Shown: positions 17,821 to 24,957 of the stretch, one piece after another
Layout of the letters: each line of letters opens with the position of its first letter
Position numbering within the stretch: position 1 is the stretch's first letter
Assembly (NCBI GenBank): GCA_034678415.1
Contig: JAXDBV010000015.1
Location: 1 to 54,552 of the forward strand
Reading direction: 5' to 3'
Length of the DNA: 54,552 nt
DNA from: Bacteroidales bacterium
Lineage (GTDB): Bacteria > Bacteroidota > Bacteroidia > Bacteroidales > VadinHA17
Made by a program: the position numbers and the translations under genes
Notes under the pieces: generated by a model
Database searches by the model: none
Told to the model about the DNA's origin: nothing
The model's input: only the letters and a program-made list of their open reading frames with translations

Positions 17821-20169
17821 TTATTGTTCCTTCAGGATGAAGAAGAAGGTTCCGTCTTCATCCTCGAGCCCGGCGATCTTTCCGAACTTGGGTCTCTGCT
17901 GGTTGTTCTGTGTCACGGCAACGGTAACCTGCGACACAACGTTTTCTATCGGGAGACAAGCGTTAGGGTTATTCGCCAGGGTGTTGGCAAAGGTACGGGT
18001 AAACTGGGAATTATCAACCGCCAGTTCATACCCCGCTGAGGAGAAGACCTGGGATGATTTGAACCGGGAGGAGGTCCAGTCGTCACAACGTCTGTCCCTG
18101 GGGGTAGCCCTCATCGCCTGGTAAAAGGTGGGGCCCGACTCACAGGCATCGGTCACCACCAGCAGGTGAGTGATGTATTGTGAATAGGCCTGCATGGCAG
18201 CCTTCAGAGAGTTGATATTAAAATAGGTAAACTCATCGTCGCGCTGGGCATCTACAGGTACCCAGTATCCTACATCGTTGATGAATTTTCCGTGCCCTGC
18301 ATACCAGATGAGGAGTGAGCTCACCTGGTTGCTGCGCACCAGGTCGCGAAGATCGATGGTGAAGAACTTTTCCATGTCAGCCTTGGTCATATCTGTCTTA
18401 TGGATAATGTTATGCACATCGTACTTGGCAAGTGCCATCTTCATCATGCTGACATCCTTTGTGGGTCCGTCAAGGGAGGCAAACGACTCATATTTAGAGT
18501 TTTCGATGAATATAACCCATGTTTTCCCCATGGGGTTATTCTGTGCGATGATGGCTCCTTCCCGGTTCAGCGGATATTCCTTCACCACCTTATTCCCGTA
18601 GAGATCCTCGGCTGTGACGGTAAATTTGGCCTTGTTGGAAATATCGATGGTGGCGGAAAATATCGGGTTTGACTCATCGGCCTTGTAGCTGGCATTGAGC
18701 CCTTCCACGGTGATCGACCGGATAAGGCTTTGATCTTCTATCTTACCTTCAACATAGATCCTCGGTTCGGTGCTGCCCAGGTATACCTCACCGTTGTCAG
18801 ACGCATAGGGAGCGATAAGCCGTACCACCGGCGGATCAACCTCTGTTTTGATCACCGACACGGCCAGCTGCTGCGCGTTGTCATACACATCCGACACCTC
18901 GAAGGAGATGGCATTGGAGCCGGTGACATTTACGTTGGCAAGGAAAGCATACCCGTTTTTATCTTTCTCAACATGTACATCATTCCCGTTGATTTTAAAG
19001 AAGGCCAAGCCGCTGGTTTCCTTAATGAATCCCTTAACGACAATCTCCTCCTTGTTACCGGGCACCAGAATATTCATCCGGTTATCGGGCAACGGTTCCA
19101 GGATACTGATCTCCGGATTCACCTCTTCCCTGTTCAGTTCAAACAGCCGGGTCTGCGCATCCTTCAACAATTTTCTCGCCTGCTGGTCAAACTCCGACAG
19201 GCTGGTGATTTTCTGGTAATCCTTAATAGCCGAAGGGTAATCGAGTATTTCCTCGAATGACCGGGCCCTCATGAAGTAGGCATCAGGATTGTCGGGCATG
19301 AGGGAGATCAGCTTGTTGAAATCATTGATGGCATACTGGTGCTGGTTAAACTGCTGGTAGTACTGTCCTCTCACGATGTACCACTGCGGATTACCAGGTT
19401 CAAGGATGATGTTCTTCGAAATATCGTTGATGGCATTAGGAAAATCGAGCTGTTTGGTGTAGATCTGGCTACGGATATAAAAAGCCTCTGTATTTTTTGT
19501 ATCCAGCTTCAGTGTGCTCTCGAGAAGACCGAAGGCTTCGCTGAGCTGCTCCTGCTTCACCTTCAGCTGTGCCAGGGCAATATAAGGCTGCACAAAGGAT
19601 GCATCGCCGAAGGCTTTACGGTAACATCTTTCGGCTTCAGGTAAGATCCTCAGCTTTTCATTGATCACCCCTTTCAGGTAGTTGTCCATCCTGTTGTTCT
19701 TATCGATAAGAAGGGCTGTATCAACGGCATTCATGGCAGGCTCGTAACGCTCCATGGCAATCAGTGTTTTGACCTTCAGCTGGTAGGGATCATGGGCCCG
19801 CTTGTTCAGGGCAGTAGCCCTGTTGAGACAGGTCAGTGATGCTTCGTAGTTGCCCAGCTCGTAATTGACCTTCCCTGCCAGACTGTAGATCTCCGCATTC
19901 TTCGAAGTAAACACCTTTGCCCTGTTGCAATCGTCCAGCGCTTCTTCCAGCCGGTTCACCTGCAGGTATGACTTTGCCCTGGCAAGATAAAACGCGGTGT
20001 TCTTCGGATCTTTCTCAATAGCCCTTGAATACTGGTCGATGGCATCCTCAAATTTGCCATTCTGAACAAACTGGTTCCCGGTTTTGAAGTATTTCTTTGC
20101 GCTCTGCGCAGCAACCGTAAATATAAATGCCGTGGAGGAAAGTAACAGAAGAATACAGATTTTTTTCAT
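17821..20169 (-). CDS. Secreted TPR-repeat protein with two Ig-like modules and a C-terminal caspase (peptidase C14) domain
   Basis: Signal peptide MKKICILLLLSSTAFIFTVAAQ. ~9 TPR units (residues ~30-330). The C-terminal domain has the caspase His/Cys dyad contexts LLIWYAGHGKF and LLVVTDACESGP. The stop lies 13 nt upstream of the sensor-phosphatase ATG. Confidence 0.8.
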   Translation of the reverse strand: MKKICILLLLSSTAFIFTVAAQSAKKYFKTGNQFVQNGKFEDAIDQYSRAIEKDPKNTAFYLARAKSYLQVNRLEEALDDCNRAKVFTSKNAEIYSLAGKVNYELGNYEASLTCLNRATALNKRAHDPYQLKVKTLIAMERYEPAMNAVDTALLIDKNNRMDNYLKGVINEKLRILPEAERCYRKAFGDASFVQPYIALAQLKVKQEQLSEAFGLLESTLKLDTKNTEAFYIRSQIYTKQLDFPNAINDISKNIILEPGNPQWYIVRGQYYQQFNQHQYAINDFNKLISLMPDNPDAYFMRARSFEEILDYPSAIKDYQKITSLSEFDQQARKLLKDAQTRLFELNREEVNPEISILEPLPDNRMNILVPGNKEEIVVKGFIKETSGLAFFKINGNDVHVEKDKNGYAFLANVNVTGSNAISFEVSDVYDNAQQLAVSVIKTEVDPPVVRLIAPYASDNGEVYLGSTEPRIYVEGKIEDQSLIRSITVEGLNASYKADESNPIFSATIDISNKAKFTVTAEDLYGNKVVKEYPLNREGAIIAQNNPMGKTWVIFIENSKYESFASLDGPTKDVSMMKMALAKYDVHNIIHKTDMTKADMEKFFTIDLRDLVRSNQVSSLLIWYAGHGKFINDVGYWVPVDAQRDDEFTYFNINSLKAAMQAYSQYITHLLVVTDACESGPTFYQAMRATPRDRRCDDWTSSRFKSSQVFSSAGYELAVDNSQFTRTFANTLANNPNACLPIENVVSQVTVAVTQNNQQRPKFGKIAGLEDEDGTFFFILKEQ

Positions 20170-20224
20170 TTCTTTTCAATTAACACAATAAGATATTAAT
20201 AATTGAATGATATCAATGTGTCAT

Positions 20225-20232
20225 CAAATATA
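20225..20232 (-). promoter_or_regulatory. -7 promoter box TATATTTG for the caspase/sensor-phosphatase operon
   Basis: The plus strand reads CAAATATA. The reverse complement matches TAnnTTTG, 56 nt upstream of the ATG at 20169. Confidence 0.45.
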
Positions 20233-20313
20233 GGAAATATCACATTTTTCCAACAGAAGTCTGACTAATATTATACGCAATTTTAAAGAGAATAGTTACC
20301 GATTCGATAGGCT

Positions 20314-21366
20314 TCACTGATCGGAGGCCTGCGGATTGAAAAAAATATCGAGAACACTGTCGGGCAGGTCTATTCTTTCCGCAGGCTCTTTGTCCATGGA
20401 CGGTGATCGTACACCGGCATGAAAATGCGGCCGGCCGGTAAACACCCTGGCTTCATCCCACAAGCCTGCGCGGATAAAACCGGTGAGCAGCCGCTCCCCG
20501 CCCTCCACCATAATCGATTGTATCTCCCTGGTATACAGATCACTAAGTATGTGCTGCAACAGGTGTTCATCAAATGCCACAGTGTGATATTCCAGGTGCC
20601 GTTCCTTTGCCCGTGTCTGTTCAGTATATATCAGTGTTGGTATGGAATGGTCGAAAAGGTGCAGGTTGGTGTCCAGGCGCAGGTTTCTGTCGATCACAAT
20701 CCGCAGGGGATTCCTTCCCGTCCATTCCCTTACATTAAGTCGCGGGTCATCCTTCAGGGCGGTATTGGTGCCCACCATGATCGCCTGTTCTTCGGCCCTC
20801 CATTTATGTACCAGCCTGCGTTCGAAATCACCAGTGATCCAGGGAGCATTTTCACCTCTTTTCCTGATGAGATCGATGAATCCGTCCTCCGACTGTGCCC
20901 ATTTCAGGATAACATATGGGCGTTTTTTTTCATGCCAGGTAAAGAACCTCCGGTTCAGCTTACGACATTCGTCTTCAAGAATGCCAACCGTCACTTTGCA
21001 CCCCCGTTCCCGGAGGTACTGTATTCCGTTGCCATTCACCAGGGGATTCGTGTCCGGCGTGCCAATCACTACCCCGGGGATCTTCCTGTCGGCGATCAGC
21101 AAGCAGCAGGGCGGTGTTCTCCCGTGATGAGAACAGGGTTCAAGATTCACATACAGGGTTGACCGGCTGAGCTTCCCCGCATCGCCACACGATTGTATGG
21201 CTATCACTTCTGCATGGGCCTTCCCCGGGGCATGATGAAATCCCTCCCCGATGATGCTGTCGTTGTATACCAGCACCGCTCCCACCATGGGATTGGGGGC
21301 CGTATGCCCTGCACCCAGCGTCGCAAGTTCCAGACAACGAAGCATGTATTTTTCATCACTGTTCAT
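20314..21366 (-). CDS. ribD: Bifunctional riboflavin biosynthesis deaminase/reductase
   Basis: Deaminase zinc motifs HAEVIAI and LEPCSHHGRTPPC, followed by a RibD C-terminal reductase domain. The ATG at 21366 is preferred over the TTG at 21375. Confidence 0.92.
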   Translation of the reverse strand: MNSDEKYMLRCLELATLGAGHTAPNPMVGAVLVYNDSIIGEGFHHAPGKAHAEVIAIQSCGDAGKLSRSTLYVNLEPCSHHGRTPPCCLLIADRKIPGVVIGTPDTNPLVNGNGIQYLRERGCKVTVGILEDECRKLNRRFFTWHEKKRPYVILKWAQSEDGFIDLIRKRGENAPWITGDFERRLVHKWRAEEQAIMVGTNTALKDDPRLNVREWTGRNPLRIVIDRNLRLDTNLHLFDHSIPTLIYTEQTRAKERHLEYHTVAFDEHLLQHILSDLYTREIQSIMVEGGERLLTGFIRAGLWDEARVFTGRPHFHAGVRSPSMDKEPAERIDLPDSVLDIFFNPQASDQ

Positions 21367-21387
21367 CCCGGGCAATGGAGTAATTCA

Positions 21388-21395
21388 TACTTTTG
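21388..21395 (+). promoter_or_regulatory. -7 promoter box TACTTTTG immediately upstream of prmC
   Basis: Exact TAnnTTTG ending 4 nt before the ATG at 21400. This implies a leaderless or near-leaderless transcript, or a later start at 21436. Confidence 0.4.
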
Positions 21396-21399
21396 CATT

Positions 21400-22281
21400 A
21401 TGAGACACCAGCATCCAAGTGTACGTCAAGCGCTCATGCTTGTTGAAAGCTCCCTTGAATCCCTCTATCCTGTCAGGGAAGCAAAAAGCATATCACTTAT
21501 GGTGATGGAGCACCTAAATTACAAAAAAAGCGATATCTATCTTCGCAGGGATGAGATACTCGGCAAAGATCAGTTGAAGGCTCTCCTCCATTACATTGGC
21601 GAGCTGAAAGCGCGTAAGCCTGTTCAGTATGTCCTTGGTCATACCCTGTTTTATGACCTGAGGATCATGGTTGGACCGGGGGTGTTCATACCCAGGCCCG
21701 AGACCGAGGAGCTGGTGGACTGGATCATCCGTGAGCATCCCGGCCAGACACCGGCCATCCTTGATGCGGGAACGGGAAGCGGCTGTATAGCCCTTGCCCT
21801 GGCCGTCCACCTGCCAGGCAGCCGTGTTACCGGCCTGGATAACAGCACCTCAGCCCTGGCTATGGCAGAGAAGAACGGAACGATACTCGACACCCCAGTC
21901 CAATGGATAAAAGCCGATCTGACAGACTGGGCAGGGCAAGACACCCTCGGGGTTTTCGAACTGGTGGTCAGCAATCCTCCATACGTGCCACTGTCAGAAA
22001 AGGCCGCCATGGCCTCTCATATCACGGATTATGAACCACCGGATGCCATCTTTGTGCCCGACAATCAACCCCTCCTCTTTTACAAACATATCATTGACCT
22101 GTGCAAACGGCACCTGGCACAGCAAGGACGGATATACTTCGAGATCCATGAAAACTACCATGAACAGGTGCATTCAATCCTCCTGTCAGAGGGGTACGTT
22201 AATGTGGAGCTGAGAAAGGATATAAACGGTAAATACCGGATGATGCGTGGTCAAAAACACGGGAAACATGAAAGAGAATAA
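21400..22281 (+). CDS. prmC: Peptide chain release factor N5-glutamine methyltransferase
   Basis: SAM motif LDAGTGSGCIAL and catalytic VSNPPYVP. The track ORF (from 21193) is a spurious 5' extension that overlaps ribD. Confidence 0.88.
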   Translation: MRHQHPSVRQALMLVESSLESLYPVREAKSISLMVMEHLNYKKSDIYLRRDEILGKDQLKALLHYIGELKARKPVQYVLGHTLFYDLRIMVGPGVFIPRPETEELVDWIIREHPGQTPAILDAGTGSGCIALALAVHLPGSRVTGLDNSTSALAMAEKNGTILDTPVQWIKADLTDWAGQDTLGVFELVVSNPPYVPLSEKAAMASHITDYEPPDAIFVPDNQPLLFYKHIIDLCKRHLAQQGRIYFEIHENYHEQVHSILLSEGYVNVELRKDINGKYRMMRGQKHGKHERE

Positions 22282-22750
22282 GCAACCCGACATTTACAGG
22301 CAGACCCTTGAGAAAGCCCGCGCTTTGTGTGGCAGGCGGGAAAAGTGCCGGTCGGATATGCAGAAAAAGCTGCTCGGGTGGGGGCTCGACGGGGAGAAAA
22401 CCCTTCAGGCGCTGGCACAGCTGGAGAAGGAAGGATTCATCGATGATGGCCGTTATGCCGCTGCATTTGCGCTGGACAAGCACCGGCTGAACCGGTGGGG
22501 CAGGTTGAAGATACGGCAGGCATTGAAGGCGAAAAAGATACCTTCCTCCCTGATCGACCAGGCGCTGGCAGCACTGCCCGGTGATGATTATGCCGTGCAG
22601 GTAAGACAGGCCCTCGAGAAAAAGCTCCCGGCCATCAGGGCACGTAATCGTATTGAGCTCAAGGCAAAACTGTTCAGGTACGCTGCCGGTAAGGGATATG
22701 AACCTTCGCTGGTGTACAGCATTATTGATGAACTGCTTACCGGCCGATAG
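22268..22750 (+). CDS. recX: RecX-family regulatory protein
   Basis: ~160 aa of helical repeats with a RecX-like profile (ALCGRREKCRSDMQKKL..., GFIDDGRYAAAFA..., KGYEPSLVYSIIDE). It overlaps the prmC end by 14 nt. Confidence 0.75.
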   Translation: MKENKQPDIYRQTLEKARALCGRREKCRSDMQKKLLGWGLDGEKTLQALAQLEKEGFIDDGRYAAAFALDKHRLNRWGRLKIRQALKAKKIPSSLIDQALAALPGDDYAVQVRQALEKKLPAIRARNRIELKAKLFRYAAGKGYEPSLVYSIIDELLTGR

Positions 22751-22821
22751 CCATTCCTATAATCTTAACCGGACATCTGCGGAGGACCCCTGTTCGTCAA
22801 TAAAAGGTAACCCATCATCGT

Positions 22822-22856
22822 CCGGCAAAAAATTCGTATTTTTGCCGGGTATTTTT
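22822..22856 (+). terminator. Rho-independent terminator after recX
   Basis: The 10-bp stem CCGGCAAAAA / TTTTTGCCGG has a 7-nt loop and is followed by GTATTTTTC. It overlaps the prfB -7 box. Confidence 0.6.
22837..22844 (+). promoter_or_regulatory. -7 promoter box TATTTTTG for prfB
   Basis: Exact TAnnTTTG, 30 nt upstream of the prfB ATG at 22874. Confidence 0.45.
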
Positions 22857-22873
22857 CACCCAACAAAAACCGC

Positions 22874-23963
22874 ATGGTCACGAACGAGCAGATGAAAGAC
22901 CTTCTGAAGCGCCAGGAAGCGTTGAGGAGGCATCTTTGACATTGACAACAAGCTGGAACAGATAAAGACCGAAGAAGAGGTCACCCGGCTGCCCGGCTTC
23001 TGGAACGATCCCCGGCGCGCCGAGGAGAAAGTGAAGCATATCGCCATGCTTCGTTCGTGGACAGATGCCTATGCCAGGGTGTCGTCGGCCCTGAGCGATC
23101 TACAAGTGATCCTTGAGTTTGCTCAGGCAGGAGAAGCCGACGAGGACGAGGTGGATAAGCATCATGCCATTGCCCTCCGCCTCATCGACGACCTGGAATT
23201 CAGGAACATGCTGGGCAAGGAAGAAGATGTGCTGGGCGCACTGCTGAAGATCAATTCAGGTGCGGGAGGTACCGAAAGCTTAGACTGGGCCGGCATGCTA
23301 ATGCGCATGTATATCCGCTGGGGAGAACGTAACGATTTCAAGGTCAGACAGGTGGATATCCTTCCCGGGGAGGAGGCCGGCGTCAAGTCGGTAACACTGG
23401 AATTCACCGGCGACTATGCCTATGGGTACCTGAAAGGAGAGAGCGGCGTGCACCGGCTGGTGCGCATCTCACCCTTCAATGCCCAGGGCAAACGTCAAAC
23501 CACCTTCGCTTCCGTCTTTGTTTCACCCGTGGTGGATGAAAACATCAAGATTGAAATCAACCCGGCCGATATCACGTGGGAAACATACCGTTCGAGCGGT
23601 GCCGGCGGACAGAACGTGAACAAGGTGGAAACAGCCGTACGCCTGCGCCACCAACCCACAGGTATCGTCATTGAGAACCAGGAGACACGCTCACAGCTGA
23701 AGAACAAAGAAAACGCTATGCGTATCCTTAAATCACAGCTCTATGAGCTTGAGCTAAGAAAGAAAAAAGAAGAGCAGGCAAAACTCGAGGGAGAAAAGAA
23801 AAAGATCGAATGGGGATCGCAGATTCGAAATTATGTGCTCCATCCGTACAAGCTGGCCAAGGACCTCCGCACATCCCATGAAACATCAGACGTGTTCGGG
23901 GTTCTCGACGGCGACCTGAACGACTTCATCAAAGCCTACCTCATGGAGTTTGGCAAAAACTGA
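22874..23963 (+). CDS. prfB: Peptide chain release factor 2, expressed via a programmed +1 frameshift (22874..22936 joined to 22938..23963)
   Basis: Frame 0 reads [21 protein letters not shown], then TGA at 22937. Skipping T22937 continues [41 protein letters not shown]..., in frame with the 310-aa track ORF. That ORF carries the SPF tripeptide (RISPFNAQG) and the GGQ motif ([10 protein letters not shown]). Confidence 0.93.
22925..22940 (+). promoter_or_regulatory. RF2 autoregulatory frameshift cassette AGGAGG-CAT-CTT-TGA-C
   Basis: An internal Shine-Dalgarno-like AGGAGG lies 3 nt before the slippery CTT, followed by TGA C. The architecture is identical to the E. coli prfB site. Confidence 0.9.
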
Positions 23964-24042
23964 CGATCCCCTGAATAACGAAACGGCTGCCTGCCAGGCA
24001 CTTCACCTGACGGTCAAAACGGAATGCCCCTCCCCTGTTAGA

Positions 24043-24050
24043 TACTTTTG
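24043..24050 (+). promoter_or_regulatory. -7 promoter box TACTTTTG
   Basis: Exact TAnnTTTG, 53 nt upstream of the ATG at 24104. Confidence 0.4.
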
Positions 24051-24103
24051 ATCGTGACAGGAAAATTTCGTACCTTTACAGAATACGTTCAATCAGAAAT
24101 ATC

Positions 24104-24805
24104 ATGAATAAGAGGGTTTTTGCATTGACAGGACGAATAATCCTGCTGACAGTATTTCTTCTCTTCTCATGCGGATTAATGCATGCACAGAAAACGCTGA
24201 TCAAAGGTACTGTCAGGGACAAGGACGGGTCACCGGTGGAAGGGGTCATGATCTTTATTGACGGCAAGAATACTGCGCGTAAGACAGCCGTCAACGGGGC
24301 TTACAGGGTAAAGGTTGTTCCCGGCGCCAGCAACATAGGATTCTTCCATCTCCGGTTCGGGCTCCAGGAGATCCCTATCCAGGGACGTGCATTCATCGAC
24401 TTCACATATGACCAGCAGATCGATCCCGAGGTGAGGGACGAGGTTAACGTTGGCTACGGAACCGTTGATAAGAAAGACCTGACAACATCAGTTACCCGGC
24501 TGGAGGAGGAGGACTGGGAACACGAGAATCCGGTGATGCTGTGGGATGCGCTGGCAGGAAAGGTGGCAGGGCTGGAGGTGTTACGTAACGGCAGCACGGT
24601 CAGTTTCAGAATAAGAAATGCCACCAGCATATACGGCAGTACCGAACCGCTGATCCTGGTGGACGGCATCCCTGTCAGCGATGTCAGCTTTATCAACCCG
24701 CGCGATGTCAAGTCGATCGACGTGATCAAGGACGGCAGCGCGGCTATCTACGGCTCCAGGGGAGCCAACGGAGTGATCATCATCACCACCAAGAGGGGAA
24801 AATAA
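24104..24805 (+). CDS. Stand-alone CarboxypepD_reg-like + TonB-dependent-receptor plug-like protein with no beta-barrel
   Basis: Signal peptide, then IKGTVRDKDGSPVEGVMIFIDG (carboxypeptidase regulatory-like fold). Next comes the SusC-type N-terminal plug string NVGYGTVDKKDLTTSV...LILVDGIPV...VKSIDVIKDGSAAIYGSRGANGVIIITTKRGK, followed by a stop. Only 149 nt separate it from mutA, so no barrel remnant is present. Confidence 0.7.
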   Translation: MNKRVFALTGRIILLTVFLLFSCGLMHAQKTLIKGTVRDKDGSPVEGVMIFIDGKNTARKTAVNGAYRVKVVPGASNIGFFHLRFGLQEIPIQGRAFIDFTYDQQIDPEVRDEVNVGYGTVDKKDLTTSVTRLEEEDWEHENPVMLWDALAGKVAGLEVLRNGSTVSFRIRNATSIYGSTEPLILVDGIPVSDVSFINPRDVKSIDVIKDGSAAIYGSRGANGVIIITTKRGK

Positions 24806-24957
24806 TCCTCTGCTCACCCCACCTGTTACGGATGGTAATAACCCGACATCATCAGCAGTGACAGAACCTGCTCCCTATGAGGCTTTTATATTGTCCTCCC
24901 CACCACATGGGTGTTTAGGAAAAAGCGTTAATTTTACGTTTTTCTAAACTACCGGTG

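Noticed and set aside
17821-20169. The caspase-domain protein as an intracellular abortive-infection or defence effector
   Set aside because: It has a clear N-terminal signal peptide. There is no associated NTPase/STAND, CRISPR or nuclease gene, and it sits in the G+C-rich core next to ribD. An extracytoplasmic role is more consistent with these facts.
21193-21399. Long 5' extensions of track ORFs that use TTG/GTG or upstream ATG. Examples are prmC from 21193, trxA from 13602, the thioesterase from 8169 and DUF488 from 34706. Others are the dipeptidase from 36141, the GH43-like gene from 48288 and DUF4190 from 29809.
   Set aside because: The extensions overlap neighbouring genes or contain the TAnnTTTG promoter box. 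They also add residues ahead of the signal peptides or conserved N-termini, so internal ATG starts fit better.
24806-24957. Cobalamin riboswitch upstream of the B12-dependent mutase genes, and an FMN riboswitch upstream of ribD (21367-21399)
   Set aside because: No B12-box-like sequence is present in the 149-nt mutA leader. The ribD leader space is only 33 nt, too short for any riboswitch.
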